Assembly (NCBI GenBank): GCA_034520945.1
Contig: JAXHNB010000005.1
Span: 640,001 to 704,000, forward strand
Direction: 5' to 3'
Length of the DNA: 64,000 nucleotides
Origin: Trueperaceae bacterium
Lineage (GTDB): Bacteria; Deinococcota; Deinococci; Deinococcales; Trueperaceae
Both the position numbers and the translations under genes were made by a program. Under the pieces are notes generated by a model. It saw only the letters and a list, made by a program, of their open reading frames with translations. It did no database searches and had not been told where the DNA came from. This document shows positions 17,404 to 25,660 of this stretch, piece by piece (the first letter of the stretch is position 1; each line of letters begins with the position of its first letter).

Positions 17404-19958
17404 TCGGTACCTCTCAGCGCGACGATGGGGGCCAGCCTCCCGGCGCGGCGGGCGGGCAAAAGCGAGGCGAGAAGCCCGACCGCGGGCGAGGCGGCCAGGG
17501 CGATCCCCACCAGCCGCCACGGCACCACGGGATCGATGGCGTAGCCGGTCAGCGCCGAGGCGCCGGCCGTCACGACATCGGCCAACAGCAGACCGAACGC
17601 CACGCCGAGAATGCTACCCGTGATCACCACCACGATGCCCTCCGCCATGACGACGCGTCGGATCCCCGCGCGGGTCATGCCGAAAGTGCGCAACATCGCC
17701 AACTCGCGACCGCGCACCACGAGGTTCATGCCCAACGTGTTGGCCACCCCCAGCGCGGCGATGATCACGGCCAGCACCAGCAGCATGTGGGTCGCGACGA
17801 ACGTGCGGTTGGACAGGGCGAGAATGCGATCCTGGTACGCCTGGTTCGGGGTGACGTCCAGGTACAGCTCGGGAAAGGCCGCGCCGAGGCGCTCCGCGAC
17901 CACGCCCGCCTCGCGCCCCTCCTCGACGGTCATCACGTACAGGTCGGGCGTGCCGCCCCCGAACCGTTCCATCTGCGCGATCGAGGCGACGAACGCCTCG
18001 CCGCCGCCGGTGAAGTCGACCACCACCCCGCCGACCTCGAACGTCTGGAAGCCCTCCTCGGTGCGGAGCTCGACCTCGCTGCCCACGCCGAGGTCGAAGC
18101 GCCTGCGCATGGTGCTGGCGGCCAGCACCCCGTCCGGCGAGGTGAGCGCCTGGTAGCCGGCCCGATCATCGCCTTGGCCCTGGACGTACTGGAAGCGACC
18201 GAACCCCTCGTCGGGGTGGAACCGGTCCGTGTCGACCAGCACCAGCGCCACAGTGCGGCCCCGCGGTTGGTCCTCGGGGCGGAAGCGGACGGCGCGAAGG
18301 CCCACCCCGGACACCACGTCGATCCCCTCGACCGCGCGGGCCCGCTCGGCGAACGTCTCTGGGAACGACACCGGCGACGTCACGAACAGGTCGCCCACCA
18401 CGGTGGTCTCCACCCAATCCTCGAGCTCCTGATTGATGCCGGCGATCAGCGCGCCGACGCCCACCACCAGGCCGGTCCCGATGATCACGGTGCCGATCGC
18501 GACGCCGTTGCGGCTGGCGCTGCGCTCCGCGAACGACGCGCCCAGCCGTCCCGCCACGCCCAGCACGCGCGCCAGGAGCGGCCCCATCACCCGCAGCGCG
18601 GGCCTGAGGAGGCTCTGCGCCGCCAGCGCCGTCCCCACCGCGAACGACACCATCGCCAGCCCGGCACCGGCCAGCGCGGCGTACCCCTCCCACGGAAGGC
18701 GCGTCACGATCACGGCCAGCGCCACCAACGCCCAACCGAGACCGGTACGGGCCGGCGCGGTGGCGGTGTCCGAGCGGCGCCACGCCGCCAGTGGCGAGTA
18801 CGCCGAGGCGCTGCGGGCCGGCAGCACCCCCGCCAGCAGCGACACGGCGAAGCCGAGCAGCACCGAGGCGATGACCGACCAGGCCGGCACCACCAACGTG
18901 TGCACCTGGTAGCCGAGGCCGACCGCGTTCACGCGGGTGAGGACCCACGCCAACGCCACGCCCATGGCGATCCCGACCCCCGCCCCCAGCGCGCTGAGGA
19001 GGGCGGCCTCGACCAGCGCCAGGCGCTGCACGTCGCGCCGGCGCATGGCGATGGTGCGCAACAGGGCGTACTCGCGGGTGCGTTCCACCACGCCGGCCAT
19101 GAAGGTGGCGTACGCCATGAACCCGCCCAACGCCAACAGGGTCACCGCCAGCACCAGCATCCCGGACTGCAGGGTCTGCACGATACCGCCGGCGACCTCG
19201 CCGGTTCCGGCCGGCGACGCCACCGCGTACGACGCGTCCAGGCGGGAGGTCAGGGCCTCTTTCACCTCCCGCGTGAGGGCACCGTCCGCCAGCAGCACCT
19301 CCAGGTGCGAGATGCGACCCTCCAGGCGCATCACCTCCTGCAGCGTCTCCAGGTGGGTGATGGCGACGCGCGCGCCGTTGGTGGCGGCGTAGCCTTCCGA
19401 TGCGTCCATCAGCCCGACGATCTCGAGGTCGACCTCCCCGAAGCGGGTCGCGAACGTCATCACGTCGCCGATCGCGAGATCGCGGCCGCCTGCGAACGCG
19501 TCGGTGATCGCCAGGGTGTCTTCGCCCGCCTCGGGCCACCGGCCCGCGGACAGCGTAGCGGGAAGGGCAGCCGGACGCTCGGTGTGGCGCCCGGACACCT
19601 GAAACCCGCTGTCGACGCCCGGCACGACCGAGCGTTCGAAGTCCTCGACGTCGCGCACCGGCTCGATCCGGACGTTGAGGACCGGTTCGAACCGCGCCAC
19701 GCCCGGCGTGCCGGCCACGCGCTCCCGCAGCGGCTCCGCCTCCATCACCGCGCGGCCCTGCGCACCGGGGGTGATCAACAGCTCCGCCGGGCCGGCCGCG
19801 GCCTCCAAGCCGGCCTGCACGTTGGCGCGGACGTTGGCGCCGACCGATAGAGTCGCCAGCACGGCGGCGATGCCCAGCGCCACGCCCAGGATGGTGGCCA
19901 GGGTGCGCCAGGGATGGCGAATCAGATTGCGCGCGGCCAAACGAAGCAGGATCGGCAT
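17400..19958 (-). CDS. Type VII (FtsX/MacB/LolC-like) ABC permease with duplicated periplasmic/TM modules
   Basis: RHPWRTLATILGVALG, ERTREYALLR, RGRELAMLRTFG, ASLLPARRA; ~850 aa. Confidence 0.9.
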   Translation of the reverse strand: MPILLRLAARNLIRHPWRTLATILGVALGIAAVLATLSVGANVRANVQAGLEAAAGPAELLITPGAQGRAVMEAEPLRERVAGTPGVARFEPVLNVRIEPVRDVEDFERSVVPGVDSGFQVSGRHTERPAALPATLSAGRWPEAGEDTLAITDAFAGGRDLAIGDVMTFATRFGEVDLEIVGLMDASEGYAATNGARVAITHLETLQEVMRLEGRISHLEVLLADGALTREVKEALTSRLDASYAVASPAGTGEVAGGIVQTLQSGMLVLAVTLLALGGFMAYATFMAGVVERTREYALLRTIAMRRRDVQRLALVEAALLSALGAGVGIAMGVALAWVLTRVNAVGLGYQVHTLVVPAWSVIASVLLGFAVSLLAGVLPARSASAYSPLAAWRRSDTATAPARTGLGWALVALAVIVTRLPWEGYAALAGAGLAMVSFAVGTALAAQSLLRPALRVMGPLLARVLGVAGRLGASFAERSASRNGVAIGTVIIGTGLVVGVGALIAGINQELEDWVETTVVGDLFVTSPVSFPETFAERARAVEGIDVVSGVGLRAVRFRPEDQPRGRTVALVLVDTDRFHPDEGFGRFQYVQGQGDDRAGYQALTSPDGVLAASTMRRRFDLGVGSEVELRTEEGFQTFEVGGVVVDFTGGGEAFVASIAQMERFGGGTPDLYVMTVEEGREAGVVAERLGAAFPELYLDVTPNQAYQDRILALSNRTFVATHMLLVLAVIIAALGVANTLGMNLVVRGRELAMLRTFGMTRAGIRRVVMAEGIVVVITGSILGVAFGLLLADVVTAGASALTGYAIDPVVPWRLVGIALAASPAVGLLASLLPARRAGRLAPIVALRGTE

Positions 19959-20050
19959 GGGATACGACTCTCCAGGCGGCGGGGCGCCGCCGACCGCACT
20001 ACTTGTACCATCGCGTCCCACGCCCCCCGTGCAGGCTAGGATGGCAGTCG

Positions 20051-21172
20051 ATGACCTTTGCGCTGGTCCTGCTCGTGCTCACCGCCTACGTGGGCGGCTT
20101 GGCCTGGTTCGCGCTGCGCTGCCCGCGCCTCCAACCGCGCGAGGCCGCCCCCGCGGACGCGGGGTGCGTGTCGGTGCTGATCCCGGCACGCAACGAGGCG
20201 CCCGCCATTGCCGGGGCCGTACGCTCGGCGCTGGACCAGGGCGCCGTGGTGGGCGAGATACTGGTGGTGGACGACGGTTCCACCGACGGCACGCCCGAGG
20301 TGGTGCGCGATCTTCATCGCCGGGAGGAACGCGTGCGGTTGCTGCAGTCGCCGCCGTTGCCGCCCGGCTGGCACGGCAAGGCGCACGCGTTGGCGCACGG
20401 CAGCGCCCAGGCCCACGGCGCCTGGTTGCTGTTCGTCGACGCCGACACGCGCGCGTCGTCGGGCGCGTTGGCGGCCAGCCTGGAAGAGGTTCGCCGTCAA
20501 AAGGCCACCTTTCTGTCGCTGTGGCCCCGCCAACGCACGGCGTCGTTCTGGGAGCGCGCCGTCCAACCGGTCGTGATCGGGATCACGGCGGTGGGCAACG
20601 CCCTCAGGCGCCTGTGGGGACCGCCGTTTCCCGTCGCGTTGTCGGCCTGGGGCGTGTTCATTCTGGTGCGTGCCGAGGCGTACCGGCGGGTGGGGGGGCA
20701 TGCCACCGTGCGCGACCGGATCCTGGAGGACAGCGAACTGTGCGACGCATTTCGCGCCGCCGGCGAGCACGCGGTGACCTTCGATGGGCACCGCCTGGTG
20801 TCGGTCCACATGTACGAGGGACTCGGCGATCTTTGGGAGGGATGGCGCAAGAACCTGTTTCCGAGCCTGGGGTCGTCCCTCATCGCCACCCTCGGGGTGG
20901 TCGCCTTCGTGCTGCTGGTCACCTGGGGCCCCGTGTTGGGCCTCGGGGCCGCCCTGCTCGGGGCGGGTCCGGCGTGGCCGTGGACGATTCCGCTGGCGCT
21001 CCAGGTGCTGGCTGCAGGGCCGTTGACCGCCCGGTTGGTGGACGCCCCGCCACTCCTGGCCGTGTCCCCGCTCGGGGGCGCTGTCTACGCCGCGATGCTG
21101 CTCGCGTCCGCGTACGCGCACGTCACGCGGCGGGGCGTGTCGTGGAAGGGCCGCAGCTACGGCGGGACGTAG
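20051..21172 (+). CDS. Membrane GT2 glycosyltransferase (lipid/carotenoid glycosyltransferase type)
   Basis: SVLIPARNE, VDDGSTDGT, GWHGK, FVDAD, LEDSEL, WRKN; N- and C-terminal TM segments. Confidence 0.88.
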   Translation: MTFALVLLVLTAYVGGLAWFALRCPRLQPREAAPADAGCVSVLIPARNEAPAIAGAVRSALDQGAVVGEILVVDDGSTDGTPEVVRDLHRREERVRLLQSPPLPPGWHGKAHALAHGSAQAHGAWLLFVDADTRASSGALAASLEEVRRQKATFLSLWPRQRTASFWERAVQPVVIGITAVGNALRRLWGPPFPVALSAWGVFILVRAEAYRRVGGHATVRDRILEDSELCDAFRAAGEHAVTFDGHRLVSVHMYEGLGDLWEGWRKNLFPSLGSSLIATLGVVAFVLLVTWGPVLGLGAALLGAGPAWPWTIPLALQVLAAGPLTARLVDAPPLLAVSPLGGAVYAAMLLASAYAHVTRRGVSWKGRSYGGT

Positions 21173-21236
21173 GGGCCCGCCTCGGGTGGGGCGCTTCAGG
21201 CAGCGTGCGGCCGGGGCTCCGCGGGCCGCGACGGAC

Positions 21237-22286
21237 TCATGTCGGCGGCGGGGCCTCGTCCGGTTCGTCAGGCCCGTCGACCTCGGCCGGTTCGTCCGGG
21301 CCCGCCGGCGGGCCGCCGTGCCGCGCCCACAGGTAGCCCCCCAGGGGCGGCCCGATCAGGAACAGGGCGTAGTGGCTGATCAAGCGCCACACCACCACCG
21401 CACCGACGACGCCGCCGCGCGCGCCCTGCGCCACCAGCGCCAGCGACGCCCCGAACTCGAAGAAGCCGCTGCCGCCGGGGGTGGGCACGACCGAACCCAA
21501 CCCGGCGACCAGCACCAATGCGGCGATGACCGTCCACGGGTCGACGGGCAGCCCGAAGCCGCGCGCGGACGCCCACAACACCGCGAAGAACGCCCCCCAC
21601 GACGCGGCCACCAGCAGGTGAAACCGCGCGTGCCAGCTCCACGGGGCGCCGTGCAGCAGCCCGTGCGCCTCCAGCAGGTTCGTCAGGAAGCGTTCCACCC
21701 CTTCGCGGTGGCGCGCGAGGCGGCCGCGCAACGCCCAGCGGGACAGCGGCAGCGCCCACGCCAGGCGGAAGGCCAGCAGGTAGGCGACGGCCAGGCCGCC
21801 CACGCTGACGATGAGCCCGGCGGTGCGCAGGACGACCGGGTTCGGCAGCGTGACGCTGCGGTCCAGCACCAGCAACGCCACGGGGAGCGACCAGCCGTAG
21901 AACACCGTGTCGGCGGCGATGGCGGCGACGCCGCTCGACCAGGCCGTTCCCGACGGCACGCCCTGGCGGGTCAGCGACAGCGCAAGCGCCGGCATGCCGC
22001 CGCTCCCGCCCGGCGTCACGGTGCTGGCGAACAACCCCAGCACGTGGCAGCGCACCGCGTGCCGCAGCCGCAGCGGCGCCCCGGTGCGCCGCACCAGCAT
22101 CGCCAGGCGCATCCCCGCGAACAGGAACGATGCCAACAGGAACCCCAACGCCGCCGCCAACCACGGCAGCTCGATGCGGGAGAGGTGCTGCAGCTCCTCC
22201 ACGCCGAGCCAGGCGACCACCCCCGCCAACGCGGCGCCGCCGATCAGGAACGACGCCACCAGGGCGCGGATCACCGTCCCTGTCAC
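21237..22286 (-). CDS. Flippase-like membrane protein (LPG-synthase TM / UPF0104 family)
   Basis: TPGGSGG, PTPGGSGFFE, VVWRLISHY motifs; GTGA coupling to upstream glycosyltransferase. Confidence 0.85.
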   Translation of the reverse strand: MTGTVIRALVASFLIGGAALAGVVAWLGVEELQHLSRIELPWLAAALGFLLASFLFAGMRLAMLVRRTGAPLRLRHAVRCHVLGLFASTVTPGGSGGMPALALSLTRQGVPSGTAWSSGVAAIAADTVFYGWSLPVALLVLDRSVTLPNPVVLRTAGLIVSVGGLAVAYLLAFRLAWALPLSRWALRGRLARHREGVERFLTNLLEAHGLLHGAPWSWHARFHLLVAASWGAFFAVLWASARGFGLPVDPWTVIAALVLVAGLGSVVPTPGGSGFFEFGASLALVAQGARGGVVGAVVVWRLISHYALFLIGPPLGGYLWARHGGPPAGPDEPAEVDGPDEPDEAPPPT

Positions 22287-23455
22287 GGAGATGCCTCGGC
22301 CGGGGTCAGGAACCGTCGCAGCAGCCACGACGCCACATCGGGGCCGCCGTTGCGGAGATCCAGGGCGGCGATGGCATGTCGCCAGCCGTCCAGAGCGTCG
22401 GGGTGGGCGGCGAAGCCGGCGATCAGCTCGGCCAGGGCCCGGGGCCGCCGCGCCAGGGTGCCGACGCCGGCGCGGACCACGTAGTCCGCGATCGCCTTCT
22501 CGTTGGCGGCGGCGTAGCCGGTGTGTACGACCGGCCGGCCGCTCAACAACGCCTCGAAGGTCGACGCCGGCCCCGCCTTGCCGATCAGCAGGTCGGCGGC
22601 GCAGGTGAGGCGCCGCATGTCGCTGCGGAACCCCAACGGCACCACGCGGGTCGGCCCCTCCTCCGAGGCGTCACGCGCCAGGCGGGCGCGCAGCGCCTCG
22701 TTGCGGCCGCACGCCGCCAGCACGGTGACGGGGACGCCCTGGGCGCGAAGGCGGGCCACGGTGGCGTGCAGCGGCCCGCCGATCCCCTCGCCTCCGGCCG
22801 ACCACAACACCGTGAATCGCCCGGGATCCAAGGACAACGCCCGCCGCGGCGCGGCGGCGTCCGGACAGGGCCCGTCGAACTCGGGACGCGCCACGAAGTC
22901 GAAGCGGGCGATCTTGTCCTCCGGGACGCCGTGGCGGGCCAGGTCGGCGGCGGCGCGGCGGCTGAACACCACCATGGCGTCGACGTGCGGTTCGGCCCAC
23001 AAGGCGTGGGCGTCCATCGCGTCGGGGTTCACGCCCACCACCGGGACGTTCAGGCCGTGGCGCCGCCGCGCCAACGCCAGCGCCTGCACCGTGAAGAAGT
23101 GGGTGGCCACGACCAGGTCGAAGCGGTGCGTCCGCAGGTACGCCGCGGCGTGGCGGGCGTGCGCCGCCAGCATGGCGCCCTGCACGGCGCGGCTGATGCG
23201 GGCCGGCACCACCTCGTCCAGGGCGCGCTGTCCCAGGTAGGCGGCGGCCGGTGCGCGCAGCATCCAGCGCCAGGACGCCTTGTGCCGCCGGTCCAGGCCC
23301 GTGTCGCCCACCGCGGCGGTGAAGTCCAGCACGGCGCTGTCCACGCGGCCCGGCGCTTCGCGCTCGACCCACGCCGACAGCGCCTCCGCCGAGGTTCGGT
23401 GCCCGTTCCCGACGGTGATCATGGCGAACAGGACGCGGGGTCGGCCCGCGCTCAC
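22283..23455 (-). CDS. GT28 glycosyltransferase (MGDG synthase/UgtP-like); candidate ceramide glycosyltransferase
   Basis: VGNGH, VATHF, HALW, SAGGEG, CGRNEAL, LGF, KAGPASTFEA. Confidence 0.85.
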   Translation of the reverse strand: MSAGRPRVLFAMITVGNGHRTSAEALSAWVEREAPGRVDSAVLDFTAAVGDTGLDRRHKASWRWMLRAPAAAYLGQRALDEVVPARISRAVQGAMLAAHARHAAAYLRTHRFDLVVATHFFTVQALALARRRHGLNVPVVGVNPDAMDAHALWAEPHVDAMVVFSRRAAADLARHGVPEDKIARFDFVARPEFDGPCPDAAAPRRALSLDPGRFTVLWSAGGEGIGGPLHATVARLRAQGVPVTVLAACGRNEALRARLARDASEEGPTRVVPLGFRSDMRRLTCAADLLIGKAGPASTFEALLSGRPVVHTGYAAANEKAIADYVVRAGVGTLARRPRALAELIAGFAAHPDALDGWRHAIAALDLRNGGPDVASWLLRRFLTPAEASP

Positions 23456-24438
23456 ATCCATCCCTGTTGGGCGTACCACGCGGCCGTGGCCCGCGCCCCG
23501 TCCGCCAACGCGGTGGGCGCGGTCCACCCGAACGCGTCCATGGTCGAGGCGACCTCGGTGGTGTAGCTCCGTTCCGCCAGGTCGCGTGCGCGGCGAAGGT
23601 CCAGCTCGGGGGCGGTGCCGCGCAGCCACGCCCAGGTCTCGCTGGCGTAGGCGGCGAAGCGGAACGCGACCGGCGGGAGGTGCACCGTGCGCACGGCGTC
23701 GCGGCCGACCGCGGCGGCGAGGAGCGCCGGCAGGTCGCGCCAGGCGTATGCCCGTGGTTCGGCGACCGGCCAGGGGCCGAAGCCGGTCGCATCGGACGCC
23801 AACACGCGGGCCACCAGCTCGGCGACGTCGTCGACGTAGACCGGCTGCACCCGCCCGCCGCCCGGGGGGAGCGCCAGCACGCCGCGGCGCGCCAGCGCGA
23901 ACAGGGGCAGCAGGTCGCGGTCGCCCGGGCCGTACACGGCGCTGGGCCGCAGCGACGCCGCCCAGCCCGCCGGTGCGAGCGCCTGCACCTGCCGCTCCCC
24001 CTCTAGCTTGCTGCGGGCGTAGGCGCTGCGCGGCGCGTCGCCCGGGCTGGCCCGCACGGTCGTGCCCGCGTCGCCGGCGACCGGGTCCGGGCCGCGGGCG
24101 GCCAGGCTGCCCAGGTACACGAACCGCCCGGCGCCTGCGTCCAGGGCGGCACGCGCCAGGCGGGCGCTGCCGTCCGCGTTGGCGGCGTGCAGCGCCGCCT
24201 CGCTGCGGGCGCGGGTCAGGCCGGCGGCGTGCACCACCGCGTCCACGCCGTGGCAGGCCGCCCGCAGCGCCGCCTCGTCCGACAGGTCGGCCAGGACGTG
24301 CTCGGCCGGAACCCCCGCCAGGCGCCCGGCATCGCTGCCGCGGCGCAGGGTGACGCGCAGCGCCACGCCGCCTTGTGCCAGGCGGGCCGCCACCCGCGCG
24401 CCGACGAAGCCGGTCGCGCCCGTCAGCAGCACCTTCAC
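23452..24438 (-). CDS. Extended SDR / NAD(P)-dependent reductase; candidate ceramide reductase (CerR-like)
   Basis: TGATGFVG, HAAGLTRA, SLAA, YARSK, RPSAVYGPGD; in operon with spt and bCerS. Confidence 0.75.
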   Translation of the reverse strand: MKVLLTGATGFVGARVAARLAQGGVALRVTLRRGSDAGRLAGVPAEHVLADLSDEAALRAACHGVDAVVHAAGLTRARSEAALHAANADGSARLARAALDAGAGRFVYLGSLAARGPDPVAGDAGTTVRASPGDAPRSAYARSKLEGERQVQALAPAGWAASLRPSAVYGPGDRDLLPLFALARRGVLALPPGGGRVQPVYVDDVAELVARVLASDATGFGPWPVAEPRAYAWRDLPALLAAAVGRDAVRTVHLPPVAFRFAAYASETWAWLRGTAPELDLRRARDLAERSYTTEVASTMDAFGWTAPTALADGARATAAWYAQQGWM

Positions 24439-24466
24439 GGCCCGATCGTCCCGGCGTGCCGGCGCG

Positions 24467-25576
24467 TCACAGCGCCTTCTGGTACAGGCGGTAGGTCTTG
24501 TACACCTCGGCGCCCAGCAGCCGCAGGCCCTTGTTGATCGGCTCGTTGTCCTCCAGGATCCAGGACAGCTCCGCCTGGCGGTAGCCCGCCACCTCGCCGC
24601 GGCGCCAGATCTCGTCGATCAGCACCAGCTCCAGGCCACGATTGCGGTGGGGCGGAAGCACGCCCAGCAACGCCAGGCGGAGCTGGTAGATGATCCGTTT
24701 GCGGCGCAGCAACGGCACGATCCCGAACGGCACGATCCGCCCGTGAAAGCGGGCCAGCACCTGGTTCAGGTTCGGCAGCGCCAGGGCCATGCCGACCACC
24801 TCGCCGTCCAGTTCCAGGAACAGCACGATCCGCGGGTCCAGCACCATTTTGAGGGTGTCGGCCAGGTGCGCGAACTCGGCGTCGGTGTAGGGCACCTGGC
24901 CCCAGTTGTCCTCCCAGGCCTGGGCGTACAGGCGGTGCACCGTGGCCAGTTCATGGTCCCAGTCCTCCAAGCGCACCTGCCGCACCACTGCGCCGGTGCG
25001 CCGCCGCGCGCGTTCCGCCAACCGCACGAACCGCTCGGGGATGCCGTACTCGCTGCGCGCCTCCCAGGCGCAGAGGTCCTTCACCTTGGCGAAGCCGCGG
25101 GCTTCGACCCAGGCGGGATACGAGGGGGGGTTCCACGGCATCATCACGTACGGCGGCAGGTGATGCGCGTCCACCTGCAGCCCGGCGCTGTCGTTCAGTG
25201 ACGGGTTGGCCGGCCCCCGCAACGCCGTGCGGCCCAGCGCCCGCGCCCGGTCCTCGGCGGCGTCCAGCAAGGCGGCGGCCACCTCCTCGTCCTCGGCCTC
25301 GAAGAAGCCGAAGAAGGCGAGGTCGTCGCCGTGAATCCGGTTGTGCAGGTCGTCGTCGATGACGGCGACGCGCCCCACCGGTCGTCCCGACCGTTCGGCC
25401 AGGAACAGGTCCATGCGGGCGTGCTCGAAGAAGGGGTTGCGCGTTTCGTCCAACGTCTCGCGTTCGGCCATGCGCAGTGGCGCCACGAAACCGGGCGTGC
25501 CGCGGTGCAGGCGCACGGGCAGGTCCAAGAAGCGCGCCCGGTCGCGGCGGCCCTCGGCGCGCCGTACGGTGGTCAC
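24467..25576 (-). CDS. GNAT-fold acyltransferase, bacterial ceramide synthase (bCerS/YghO-like)
   Basis: NPFFEH, GRVA, FGFFE, RGP.N, MMPWNPPSY, NWG, LPNLN, ELSWILEDN, KTYRLY family motifs. Confidence 0.8.
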   Translation of the reverse strand: MTTVRRAEGRRDRARFLDLPVRLHRGTPGFVAPLRMAERETLDETRNPFFEHARMDLFLAERSGRPVGRVAVIDDDLHNRIHGDDLAFFGFFEAEDEEVAAALLDAAEDRARALGRTALRGPANPSLNDSAGLQVDAHHLPPYVMMPWNPPSYPAWVEARGFAKVKDLCAWEARSEYGIPERFVRLAERARRRTGAVVRQVRLEDWDHELATVHRLYAQAWEDNWGQVPYTDAEFAHLADTLKMVLDPRIVLFLELDGEVVGMALALPNLNQVLARFHGRIVPFGIVPLLRRKRIIYQLRLALLGVLPPHRNRGLELVLIDEIWRRGEVAGYRQAELSWILEDNEPINKGLRLLGAEVYKTYRLYQKAL

Positions 25577-25660
25577 GGGCGTGGTCCCGCCACGCGCGGC
25601 GACGGTCCCCCGCGGCGCTCGGCGGGCGAGGGGGCGCGCCGGGTGGGGCCGGGCCGCGGG

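Noticed and set aside
11282..19850. Very long antisense and alternate-frame ORFs (e.g. 11282-13426, 14414-16810, 17787-19850)
   Set aside because: Shadow ORFs expected at very high GC; Arg/Ala/Pro-rich with no motifs, and opposite well-supported genes.
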